Positions 26,204 through 41,059 of a DNA stretch of 64,000 nt are shown one piece after another. The notes below the pieces were generated by a model. That model was not told the DNA's origin, ran no database searches, and saw nothing but the letters and a program-made list of their open reading frames with translations. The DNA comes from Zygnema circumcarinatum SAG 698-1b (lineage: Eukaryota; Plantae; Zygnematophyceae): the NCBI GenBank assembly GCA_037447605.1, contig CM074804.1:558001-622000 (forward strand). The letters run 5' to 3'. Both the position numbers and the translations under genes were made by a program. Every line of letters begins with the position of its first letter. Positions within the stretch are counted from its first letter, which is position 1.

Positions 26204-26613
26204 GGGAGAGGGAGAGGGAGAGGGAGAAGGGAGAGGGAGAGGGAGGGAGAAGGGAGAGGGAGGGGAAAGGGAAAAGAAAGGAAAGGGAGGAAGGAAAGAA
26301 AGAAAGGGGAGGGAAAGGGAGGAAGGGAAAGGGAGGGAAAGAAAGGAAAGGAAAGGAAAGGGAGAGGAAAGGGAGAGGAAAGGGAGGGGAGAGGGAGAGG
26401 GAGGGAGAAGGAAAGGAAAGAAAGGGAAGGGGAAGGGAAAGAAAGGGAGAGGAAAGAAAGGAAAGAAAGGAAAGGAAAGAAAGGAAAGGAAAGGGAGAGG
26501 GAAGGAAAGAAAAAGAAGAGAAAGAAAGAAAGGAAAAGAAAAGAAAAGAAAGAAAGGAAGAAAGAAAGAAAGGAAAGAAGGAAAGAAAAGAAAAGAAAGA
26601 AAGAAAGAAAGAA

Positions 26614-26657
<44 letters not shown>

Positions 26658-27501
26658 AGGAAAGAAAGAAGGAAGGGGAAGGGGAGGGAAAGAAGAAAGA
26701 AAGGAAAAGAAAGGGAGAGGGAGAGGAAAGAGAAAGGAAAGAAAGAAAGGGAAAAGAAAAGAAGAAAGAAAGAAAGAAAGGGAAGAAAGAAAGAAAGGAA
26801 AGAAAGAAAGAAAGAAAGGAAAGGAAAGAAAAGAAGAAAGAAAGGAAAGAAAGGAAAGAAAGGAAAGAAAGGAAAAGAAAGGGAAAAGAAAAGAAAGGGA
26901 AAGGGAGAGGAAAGGGAGAAGAAAGGGAGGAAAGGGAGGGGAGGGAAAGAAGGGAGGGAGGGAAAGAAAGGAAAGAAAGAAAGAAGGAAGGGAGGAAAGG
27001 GAGAGGAAAGGGAGAGGGAAGGGAAGGAAAGGGAGAGGGAGAGGAAAGGGAAAAGAAAGGAAAGGAAAAGAAGGAAAGGGAGGGAGGAAAAGAAAGGAAA
27101 GGGAGGAAAGAAAGGGAGGAAAGGGAGAGGGAGAGGGAGGGAGAGGAAAGAAAGGGGAGGGGGAGGGGGAGGGGAGGGAGGGAGGGGAGGGAGGGGAGGG
27201 AGGGAGAGGGAGGGAGGGAGAAGGGAGAGGGAGAGGGAGAGGGAGAGGAGAGGGAGAGGGAAAGGAGAGGGAGAGGGAGGGAGGGAGGGGAGGGAGGGAG
27301 AGGGAGGGAGGGAGAGGGAGAGGAAAGGGAGGAAAGGGAGGAAAGGGAGAGGGAGAAGGAGGAAAGGAAGGAGGGAGGGAGAGGGAGGGGAAGGAGAAGG
27401 GAGAGGGAGAGGGAGAGGGAGAGGGAGAGGGAGAGGGAGAGGGAGAGGGAGAGGGAGGGAGAGGGAGAGGGAGAGGGAGAGGGAGGGAGAGGGAGAGGGA
27501 G
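26204..27501 (+). repeat. ~1.3 kb uninterrupted homopurine (G/A) tract
   Basis: No C or T seen between 26204 and 27501; overlapping + ORFs encode only R/E/G/K here. GAGGGA-type ends, AAAG-type centre. Confidence 0.93.
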
Positions 27502-27863
27502 TTAGGGAGTGAGGGAGTGAGGGAGTGAGGGAGTGAGGGGAGTGAGGGAGAGAGCGAGAAGGAAGAGTGGAAGAGGGAGAGGAAGAGAGGCATATAATAG
27601 AGAGGGAGAGGGAACATAACCACACCTCCCCGGCGTCCTCGTCCGCTCCCTTCACCACCGCCCCATGGCGCCCTCTCCCTCTCCCTCCCGCCATATCCCG
27701 CACGCCCCACTCGACTCCCTGCCCTTTCGCGGCAGCGAAACGGAGGTCCAGCGTTTGCAGGAGTTCGCAGTAGGGCTTACGTGGCGCTCCCCAATTGGTC
27801 AAGAGCGGAGAAAATCGAGCGAATCGACCGATTTTTGTAGATGTTTGACATGGAAATTTGGCC

Positions 27864-27871
27864 TTAGGGTT
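27864..27871 (-). promoter_or_regulatory. Telo-box (AAACCCTA) in the RPA12/CK2 divergent promoter
   Basis: tagggttt = reverse complement of AAACCCTA; telo-boxes are known in plant ribosome-biogenesis/translation gene promoters. A short motif, so chance is possible. Confidence 0.4.
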
Positions 27872-28032
27872 TTGATGCGGCTGGTTTAGCGTGTGGCCGC
27901 CGCTGTAGGAGGGAGAGGGAGAGGGAGAGGGAGAGGGAGAGAGAGAGAGGGAGAGGGAGGGAGGGAGAGAGGGAGAAGTGTGAGAGGGAAAAGGAGAAAG
28001 AGAGATAGGAGCTCCGGTAGGGCGCCACATGT

Positions 28033-31680
<3,648 letters not shown>

Positions 31681-33322
31681 ACAGTCCCACGAGCCTTTGG
31701 ACCCCTTTCTGTCACCTTTCCAAAGGTGTCTGCCTGCCCGCCAGGGAGTGGTTCGTGTCAACCAGCTGGCTCACGAGTTGAAGAGTGGTTTGTGGTTTGT
31801 TTGGTTTATGGTTTGTTTGTGAACTTTTAATCTGGAAGTCGAAGCCTTGGTAATGGCTTTTTGGGGTGCTGATTGCTGCAGGGTAAACGCCGGTTGGCTT
31901 GTCTATGTGAGCTCCAACCTGCCGCCTGCAGGGCAAGGCAGCATGACATCATACATGAGAATTGGATGGGTTCTTGGAGGGCTCTTCGCGAGCAGAGAAA
32001 TGGAAATGGGTTCCTTTGGTCCTGCAGGGAGGCATAAGTGCGGCCACGCGTGTGGCTGCTGCGCCCAGCCATGCAGGAGTTCTCTGTAATTACGGCAGTT
32101 AAACTGAGGGCCCACAGCACAGCTATGCGTGGCATAGTACTGAAGCTAGTCGTCCTATAGGGTAGGACAGATGGCGGAGCAGATTTATTGTTTACTTGAT
32201 GAGCTGTTGCAGTTGCTGTTGTGGTTGGTATGGGTGCTTATGTTGTATTCAACGGTGTAAATTTTTTTGGTTTAGGATGGGTCTCTTTGGATAGAGCGTA
32301 GAGCAAAAGCCGTGGCAAGGGCGGGTCGGAGAAGACATTAAGGTGTGGATTGAGACGACCCAGAAAGAAGTGACTTGCATTGTTCATCCAACTTTCTTCA
32401 GTCCCCATAGGACTCTTCATGCACACGGACTTACAGACTTTGGTCCATACAGAATGCGAGGAATCTTGTCCATGCAGCCCGCCAATCCAAGTATTTCACG
32501 TTGCATGATGCATGATGTTGTTGTAATTGGTTCTAATTCTCCGTATGCCCCCTAATTCCCTGTCCAAGGTGACAAGCCCAAGACCTAATGCTGCACAAAA
32601 TGGAAAGCCAGGAGGTAGCTTTGCACAAGCCCCCCCTATTGGGGTCCATCTGTGGATCCTGGCCGTAGATCACGAGTTGGAGGCTGATCTAACGGCTCAC
32701 AGGCGTCCACGTCCACCAAAGAAACGTCCCCCCGCGAGTGGCGCTCGACTAGACTCGACCAATTATCGGTCTCTGGCGTACGGAAGGCGCACTCGACCGT
32801 ACATGCGCTAACCGACAAGGTACCGTACGAACATAACGGCACGGCGCGGCTCTATGTCGCGAGGGCCGACTCCACCAATCAAAACGATCGCAGAGTTCGT
32901 GCGACGAATGGCGGCGTCGCACGGAACTGTGCGACTGACGAGCCAGTCGCAGGGGCGTGCAGGAGGGAGGAGAACAGGGAGGCTTGGTTGGGGGAGGGGT
33001 TGGTGACAAGAGAGGGGAGGAAGGAGAGGAGGGAGGGGAGAGGTGGGAGGAGAGAGGGCAAGAGGCGGGCTTAGAAAGCCTGGGAAGAGTCACTGTAGAA
33101 GAGGCTGCTCCATGTACATTGTGAGGAATAAGGAAGGAAGAGGGAAAGGTGAACCTAACAAAGTTATTTTGGAGCGCGCAGTCCAGAAGAGGGCGCACAA
33201 GGAGGTAGGCCGACTGAGGTTGCCTATGCATCAGTTTGGAGCCTGGGGAAGGTGGGAAATCAGCAGACATTGTTGCAACGTAGAGGGAGCTCATTTCAAG
33301 GGAAGACCTTCAAGCGGCATAG

Positions 33323-34135
33323 ATGTCACCCATCCCGAAGGGCGGAACGCTCCTCATCCGAGAAGTTTGGGAAGACAACTTGGAGGAGGAGATAGAGCTT
33401 ATCCGAGATATTGTCGATGACTATCCTTACTTAGCTATGGATACGGAGTTTCCAGGTGTTGTTGTCCGCCCAGTTGGAACCTTCAAGTCGAGTGCAGAGT
33501 ATCACTATCAAACACTTCGAGCGAACGTGGACATGCTGAAGCTCATTCAACTAGGATTGACTTTCTCGGATGAAGACGGAAATCTTCCTCGCTGCGGAAA
33601 TGACTACTGTGTGTGGCAATTCAACTTCAGGGAGTTCAATTTGAGGGATGACATGTACGCACAGGACTCCATTGAGCTTCTCAAGCAGAGCGGTATCGAC
33701 TTTAAAATGAATGAGGAGAGGGGTATTGATTCCTTACGTTTTGGTGAGCTGATGATGTCTTCCGGGATTGTCCTGAATGAAAGCGTGCACTGGATTACGT
33801 TCCACTCTGGGTATGACTTTGGATATCTCTTGAAGCTACTGACTTGTCAGGCTCTTCCAGCTGGAGAAGCCGACTTCTTTAAGCTCCTGCAACTGTACTT
33901 TCCCACCCTATATGACATCAAGTACCTTATGAAATTTTGCGACAACCTGCATGGAGGGCTCAATCGTTTGGCTGAAACGTTGGAGGTGGAGCGTATCGGA
34001 CCGCAGCATCAGGCTGGCTCCGACAGCTTATTGACATCTGCAGCATTTCGAAAGCTGAAATCGGGGTTTTTCAATGGCTCCACAGAAAAGTATGCAGGTG
34101 TTCTTTATGGCTTGGGGGTGGATTGTGACGCCTAG
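33323..34135 (+). CDS. CAF1: CCR4-associated factor 1 deadenylase (DEDD), intronless CDS
   Basis: [64 protein letters not shown]; 270 aa. Confidence 0.98.
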   Translation: MSPIPKGGTLLIREVWEDNLEEEIELIRDIVDDYPYLAMDTEFPGVVVRPVGTFKSSAEYHYQTLRANVDMLKLIQLGLTFSDEDGNLPRCGNDYCVWQFNFREFNLRDDMYAQDSIELLKQSGIDFKMNEERGIDSLRFGELMMSSGIVLNESVHWITFHSGYDFGYLLKLLTCQALPAGEADFFKLLQLYFPTLYDIKYLMKFCDNLHGGLNRLAETLEVERIGPQHQAGSDSLLTSAAFRKLKSGFFNGSTEKYAGVLYGLGVDCDA

Positions 34136-36490
34136 CTCCTGCAGGACACATGTTGCGCAACTTTAAGTTCGCTAGGGTTCGTGCAAAATCATTGGGTTCA
34201 TGTGTGCAGCAGTTGGGGGAGTTTGTAGCCGGCCTTGTTTTGTCTGGCGTCTTCTTCTCAGCACTTCCTTTGACCGGAGGAGGCTGAACGAGGTTCAAGT
34301 TTTCTCTCTCCGGTATTGACTGGAGATGCTAGGACCAGGGAGTGAGGGCTGAGAGGCCTCTGGAGATTGCAGATAGAATAGCATGTGTGGGTAATTCCCA
34401 TTTCTGTGTAGCTTAGGCCATTGACTAGCTGTAAAAAAACGTCCCTTCTTCCCCAACACTTGTACACAAGTCCCTTCATTGCTATGAAATCTTGTACTTC
34501 CACTCATTTTATGTGCTTTTGTTCATAACCTTTGCCTGGAATGTCACAAGGTCTGTCTGGCCGATTGTGCTTGGTAAGCTCTGTTCTGAGGACTGTTAAA
34601 AGCGGTTGAACTTTTAAATGATGCTTACTTTTTTAGACTCCTTCGTTTGCTGCTGCTTTGACCCACGTATATGTTCCCTTGTTTCTGCTTGTTGTGGTCG
34701 TATTTTCCGCGTCACCCTCCTTTTCTGTCCGCCCTTTAGGAAGTATTACTTCTCATTGCCTTGTAGTTAGTGACATTAGGGTTACACGGTTCAGGTTTGA
34801 GTTTCGGAGAGGCCTTTCATTGAGATGTCTTGCAGACTTGCATGCTGACATGATGTTAATCTTTGGGTAAGCAGAAGTCACAATGCTATTTGCCTACTGC
34901 AGTACCGATTATGAGGTGTGATTTAGTTTCGCAGCCGGTACAATTGGGATTTTGGGGCACCTGCATGTAGCTATTGATGTATAACTTTGACCTTGAAAGC
35001 GATTACTATCAGTTGAGAGGTGCAATTCATTGCTTGCGAGGATAAGCTCGTGGATTCAGATCAGCTTACCTTCTCCCTTTCTGGAACCTCACAGATTCCG
35101 TTCGCTGGTCTACTTCTGCATGGTCCTTTTTCAAATGCCAGGCTTAGGTCGCTGCATGCTCTTGAAAAGCGTCACTTGGAGTGCCAGTAGGATACCTTGT
35201 TGGTAAAGATGTGGTATTTTTAATGATGAGTTGATTTCAAATGTGATAGAAATTCAGTCTCTTAGTTTGACTTGTTTATAATGTGGCCTCTGTTTTGCTT
35301 TGCCATGACTGTTTTTATCCCCAGGAAAAAGTGTGTGCTCTTTGCCACTTTGTATCCTCAAATGGCTTTCCGTTTCTGAGCTTTCCACGACGAAGATGAT
35401 GTACTGCAAAAACACAAAAAGAGCAAAAGGTACCTACTACTGCGCTGATGAAGGAAAGTCGCAGCGTGGTAAAAATTCAATGAATGATAGATAGAGCTTA
35501 AATCTAAAAGTTGAGGCTCGGTTAAAATCGATTTTCAGCTTTGAATCCTGAGCCAGGATCAAACTCTCAAAGTTGAAACTATAAGACTTGCTTACAGCAT
35601 TTTTATCCTGAGACCAATGCTACATCTCCGTCCTTTATAATTTCGTCTAGATTTCAAATCCATAAGTGTCATGAATGAGGGGTCACGGGGACACGGTGCG
35701 CAGCCTTTGAATCCAATGGTTGACAGCCCCATTGGATCCAATGGTTGCGACCATTTGGCTAAGATCAACCCTGAAAACTAAAACCTGTCAGCGATTTACC
35801 ACCAATCCCCTAATTATCATCAAAATCGTTATCATCAGCAGCAGCACCAGCTTTATTACCGCCATGCCACAAAGAGCCATACAACAAAACAAAACACTTT
35901 TTCATCAAAAAAGATAGCATTTTAAGTCAAAAAAATTCCAACTGGCAGTTACTGGCACGGCTATTCCGCTACGTGGACTCAAGGACTGTGGACCGCTACA
36001 GAGCCTGTCAATTTTCACATAACGTTTCAAACCATGGTTGATTTCAACCATTGGATTCAATGGTTGCAGTCATTGGCAATGGTTGGCTAGGTAGCCAGTC
36101 AATGGTTGCAACCATTGGCATGGGTCCCCAAAACCATCGTTGTTCACACTGTGTGAACGCGATATTTTTCAGACGGCTTGAAACAGACCCGTTCGGTGTG
36201 AACGGCCGTTTTTTGTAACCAGAACATCGCTCGAAATCTCGTCTACGGCAGCCAAGACATGTGTCCATGCGCAGTCACAGTTTCAGTTTTGCTGGCAGGT
36301 CGAAAACTGAACAGTAGTCTTGACATGTGACCGCGTTAGTTCCAACGCGAAACAGCACAGCGGTCATATATTAGGCAGCGGCGGAGCGAGCCCTGGCGCC
36401 GGCTTCAAAGGCACGGCCGGCGGCTGCGTTTGCGCTTGCAGGGGAGGCATCTACAGGGCGGAGAGGGGAGGCGGGAGGCGCCAGCTGAAT

Positions 36491-39400
36491 ATGGATGCGT
36501 TTCAGACCATTTCAGCATTCAAACAGGTACGGATTTTTATACATTTTTAGTCTTTATAGACCGTGCTTATCGATTATATGTTTGATTTGATGTGATGTGC
36601 AACTGATTTGTTTTAGGAGAGCAAAGTGGCAATACGTCAGCCAGAAACCAGTTAACGTATCAGGATTCTCAGGATATTCCATTTTTAGAGTGTTTTTTTG
36701 ATATTCTATCAGGCATTTAATGATAACGTCTTGTATGTCTTGCCAATGAGATGCTGTGGCATTTGCACACCAGAAATTGAAAGCGAAGGCGAAACCCGGA
36801 AGGCCCGCCCAAGTAAGTCCGTCAGAACTCTGTAGCAGTCTCTGTTTCGCAAGGATATCATCTCTAGCATCAGCTATGATTGAAACACTATTCTCTAGCC
36901 TGCATTCGGTTACTGATCATCCAGAGTGCATGGATATATTGTACTTTTTGCTCTATTCGCTGAATGTGGTGCTTTCCCTCGCTCTGTGGCGGGATCAGAA
37001 TGGTGTTTTACACAAGGCAAAGCTGCCCGGAAAAGCAAGAGCCTCGGCTGATCCACAAGAAAATGTTAGGCGCTTATCAAAGCTGGATTGAGCGGATCCT
37101 TTGAACAACTGCCCAGTGTGCACCGCTTGCGGCTTGTAGAAATTTCTCAGATGACTCAAAGGCTTTATGTTTGTCTTTGTTCAGACTTTATTCACAGCAG
37201 TTAAACTTATACTATTGTACTGGAATTCTGGTACTTTGTGTGTCTTCTTTTAACACTAACAAGAAGTGTCTGGTCATTTAAATGAAAGAATGATGTCTCA
37301 TACTGGTTATGATTGATGTGCACTTGTCAGCCGTTGTGGTTGCAGGCACAAAAAAAGATTTCCTTTTTGCCTGTCAGCCATAATTTTGGCAAGCAGTAAG
37401 CATCCATGAACCTTGGCAGACGCTGATGATGATAAGCACGTTTGAGAATCTTGATGTCGATGTCGATGTCACGATTTACTTCCTTTCCTGCAGAACACGA
37501 CAAGTAGGGTCCCGACTACGACAATCAACGGCTTACAGGATTGAGGATAATGCGGGTAAGGGCTCTTCTCCATTGTGCGTACTGTGTCTAGACTGGACCG
37601 TGATTAGCTTCCGCTTAACAGGGTACCTTCAATAGAGACTCACTCTAAGTAGTCAACCCGGCCAAAGTGTCATCCAACATATATTGAGTATCTTGAAAGC
37701 TCAAAAGCGTTTGCTGAGACTGTGCATTCCTTAGGGGTATTGTAGATTATACGCCTCCAGCACGTCTGCAGAGGCGTCAGATATGTCAACTAAAGAAAAG
37801 CAATTGAAGTTATGAACGGATACAAGCAGCCTTTGAGATGTACTTAAAATTCAACCCGGTATTTCCACTGTTTCACAATGCTAGAGAAAGAGGCAAAGTA
37901 TAAACACGACTATATCCCTACGAAAGGAATTCAGCGTTTGTTTTCATTTTCCCTGCGTTCCTTCACGTGTCGACTAGCTTTCCAATGCGTTATTGTTTAT
38001 GCATTTTCGTTTACCCTCTACTATATGGTGGTTTTGAGGTCCGGAATATTGCCGATCTAATATCATACCACTTGAAGTTCCTCCCTGCTCGATGACCTTG
38101 TGACGTTTCTTGATCCAGGAATTAGAAAAACTATGCATTTAGAAGCCATAGCAGTTACTAGCGCGCTCCACCGTATTAGCGAGTACCGACGTCTTTCCAC
38201 TGAACAGGATTTCCATTATTGATATGAGAATCGTTTTTAAGAAGGATCGATCCCCTTCCAGGACCAAGTTCCCCGAAGACCCTGGAGCTGAAGTACATCA
38301 AAACTGGCCATGTCCCTGATCCAGAGAAGCTTCAAGTGCAGCCATCGTCACCATCATCCCCTGTTCCAAATTCAGGTGAGAAATAAAATCAAGTACAGTA
38401 AAGTTGCTGGTGAAAGCAAGCCAAGTCAATGTGCTTCCTACAAATGACCTCGATTTCGTGACAATGGCATAGTAGCCTTTATTCTTGAAAAAGCGACATG
38501 CCACGACTGACATTTTTCTCCATGTCTTATTGCTTCTATGTATCCGGTCCCGTTTCAGGCAGCTTGCCAGAAAACCACGCTCCACCAAGAGCGCCTGAAC
38601 GCCGAGTTCATGCGAGGAGGGCATCACCATCTGATGGTCATCCTTCTCCAACGAATGATACGAGTGGATGCAGCGCTTCAGATGGTCTCGAAATGGAGAT
38701 AGACTTATATGAAGGTATGTCACTGGTGCCCATTCCCCGTGGAAAAATGATGCTTACATAAAGCATAATCGGGCAGAAGCAAAACAAGTTTTGGCGGAGG
38801 TCTCGTGCAGGTGAATGCTCCAACATGGTATCTGCCAAGGAGCTTTTTGGTCAGACTCGAGAAAAGCTTCGACGTCTTGCAGAACGGACGATGAAACAGG
38901 AGGGTCAATCAAGACTAGAGACAAATGGGTGAGAGATGCCTAACTTTTTCCGTTCAGATAGTAATTTTCTTGCGAGATTCCCTCACATCAGCTATTGCAA
39001 AAGTCTGAAGGGCCCCTGCTTTATCTCTACGTCATTCTCAGGATTCAGGCCGCCAACAGATTCCTCGCAAAGCTCGATTGCATTTCAGGAGCTCAAACGT
39101 CTTCAGGGAGCACCGAGGATGGTAGTGATTTCTTTCAACAGGTGAATAGTTTCTCTGAATCTCGTCAAACTTTTCATTCGTTACGCTCGTTGATTTTATC
39201 TTGGCCCAGTACTTAACCATTAGAGACTGTAATTTTTGGCTCCCATTAGGCTCTAGATCCGACCTAATGAACACGGCTACTCTGCAGGCCAAAACCATGG
39301 AGACAGAAACGACGGGAAGGGTGTGTCCCCCTAGGTTGGGCCCCCCTCTGGTCGCAAGCATGGAGCTCGATTCAGACGCGGAAAAAAACTCATTCTCTTA

Positions 39401-40010
39401 TCCACACATGGCACAGGCCTTTTCTGAAAAGGGATGCCAAGACGAGCAAGCAGGGAGACTCGACTTTGTTGGCTTTGAAGAAGAACAGGGCGGAAGGGCT
39501 TCGCGAGATTCTCCCTTCAGTCAGAGCCAAGACCATAACAGCCTTACTCTCTTTCAACCACCCCATCTCTTACATGCATATAGTGGCAAGTTCATCATGT
39601 CAGATTTCGAGCGTTCCCCTGGGTTTTCTGCAACAATGGGCAAAAGGGAGGACTTAGTCAAATGGGATGCCTACAATCTGAAAGAGAACATAGAGCCGGA
39701 GGAAGTTTCTCAAGATCATTACGGAGCATACGGTGTGAAGAAGTCCAATGGGAGGCTCGGCAGTTTTCATGGATCGCCGTACAGTAGTGAACTTGAGCTG
39801 AACGGAATGGATGTGGTTATAAGGCCTGAAAGGTATACGGGAACTGACTTTATCGAGGAGAACTTATGCGAAAGACTTCCTCAACCGGATCAAACTTATA
39901 CGCAGACCCACGTGGAGAATGGGGGCGGTGGAATTTTTAATGCATGGGAAGAAGAGTGGGTGAGAGATGACTGTAAAGAGGAGTTCGATGAGGGGCGGTG
40001 GAATTTTTAA
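36491..40010 (+). CDS. Hypothetical multi-exon protein, family not recognised
   Basis: ATG 36491 with CAG|gtacgg donor; several exon-like blocks with GT-AG ends splice in phase (RIDPLPGPSSPKTLELK..NSG|SLPENHAPP..DLYEG|ECSNMVSAKELFGQTREKLRRLAE); long last exon 39250-40010. Early exons are uncertain. Confidence 0.55.
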
Positions 40011-40060
40011 TGCATGGGAAGAGGAGTGGGAGAAAGATGACTGTAAAAAGGAGTTCGATG
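39921..40060 (+). repeat. 70-bp tandem duplication at the end of the last exon
   Basis: ggggcggtggaatttttaatgcatgggaaga..gagttcgatga at 39921 and 39991, a few substitutions. Confidence 0.93.
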
Positions 40061-41059
40061 AATGTGTCAGCTTGAGGAGGAAAAGCGCGTCAGACCAATT
40101 TTGGATGAACCCTATAAGCCCAAAATGTGCGATGGAAGTGGTAAATCGTGGCTTCTAGGGCAGTTTCATCTCTGGTGAAATTTTCGACTTGCAACATGGA
40201 TGCCTCGGGTCAAGAGACAAGGCTGGGTTTTTTGTGGGAGGGGGAAAATGTTTATTTGGATGGGATCGGTAAAAACTTGTCCTGCAAACTGTAATTTTCT
40301 CATTTGTAACTGGAGCCGTTCGGTGTGTCTTGTCAAAGTTTCATTGTGGAGTAGTTTGGCTTCAAGACTCCTGATATGCATTACAAAGGGAGTAATATAA
40401 CGCAAAAAAAACATCTTGCAAAAGCTTTTGATAATTTACAGCCACATAAGTTGTTGAATGTAAATGAAGTAAATAGTATTCGTCTTATTTGATTTCGGTA
40501 TGAATAACTGCTCACCCTCTCGTGTTTTGGTTTCGATGCTTTCGATGCTAAACGGTAGTAGACCGTTTACGATCTGCGATGCTGGTCATTTCTGACAACC
40601 AGACTTTCTCCCCGACACAATGTATCTTCAACTATACATGTATCGTTGCATAAAAAAAAAAATGCAGATTTGTAATAACGATGGTCCGACGATAGCGGAG
40701 AGCGAGAGAGACAGAGCGGAGGACAAAAGTAAGGGGAGGGCGACAAGCGGAAAGCATAAGCTCACTCAAAACGTCATTTTTTTTTTTTTTCAAAAAAAAG
40801 GTACCATTGAGTATAGTACATGATATCACTCCAAAGTAAAAAGACTCGCACAATAGTTGGCATTCTCTACTCCTCTCTCAACTGTCACCAAGACGTCGGA
40901 TTGCCGGCTCTCCCGACCCTTACAGCTCCGTCCTTTTCTTTATCCTCCGAAAGCTCTTAAAACCACTCAAAAAGTTATGTACACTCTGTAGGCATTCCGC
41001 CAACGACCATTATCTCAGGTTTTGGGCCAAAAGCTGACCGTTCTTTGTTGACTGCACCC

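Noticed and set aside
35754-35768. TTTGGCTAAGATCAA, a 15-nt match to U2 snRNA
   Set aside because: Flanks do not match U2 (no GTGTAGTA branch-pairing sequence or Sm site); treated as coincidence.
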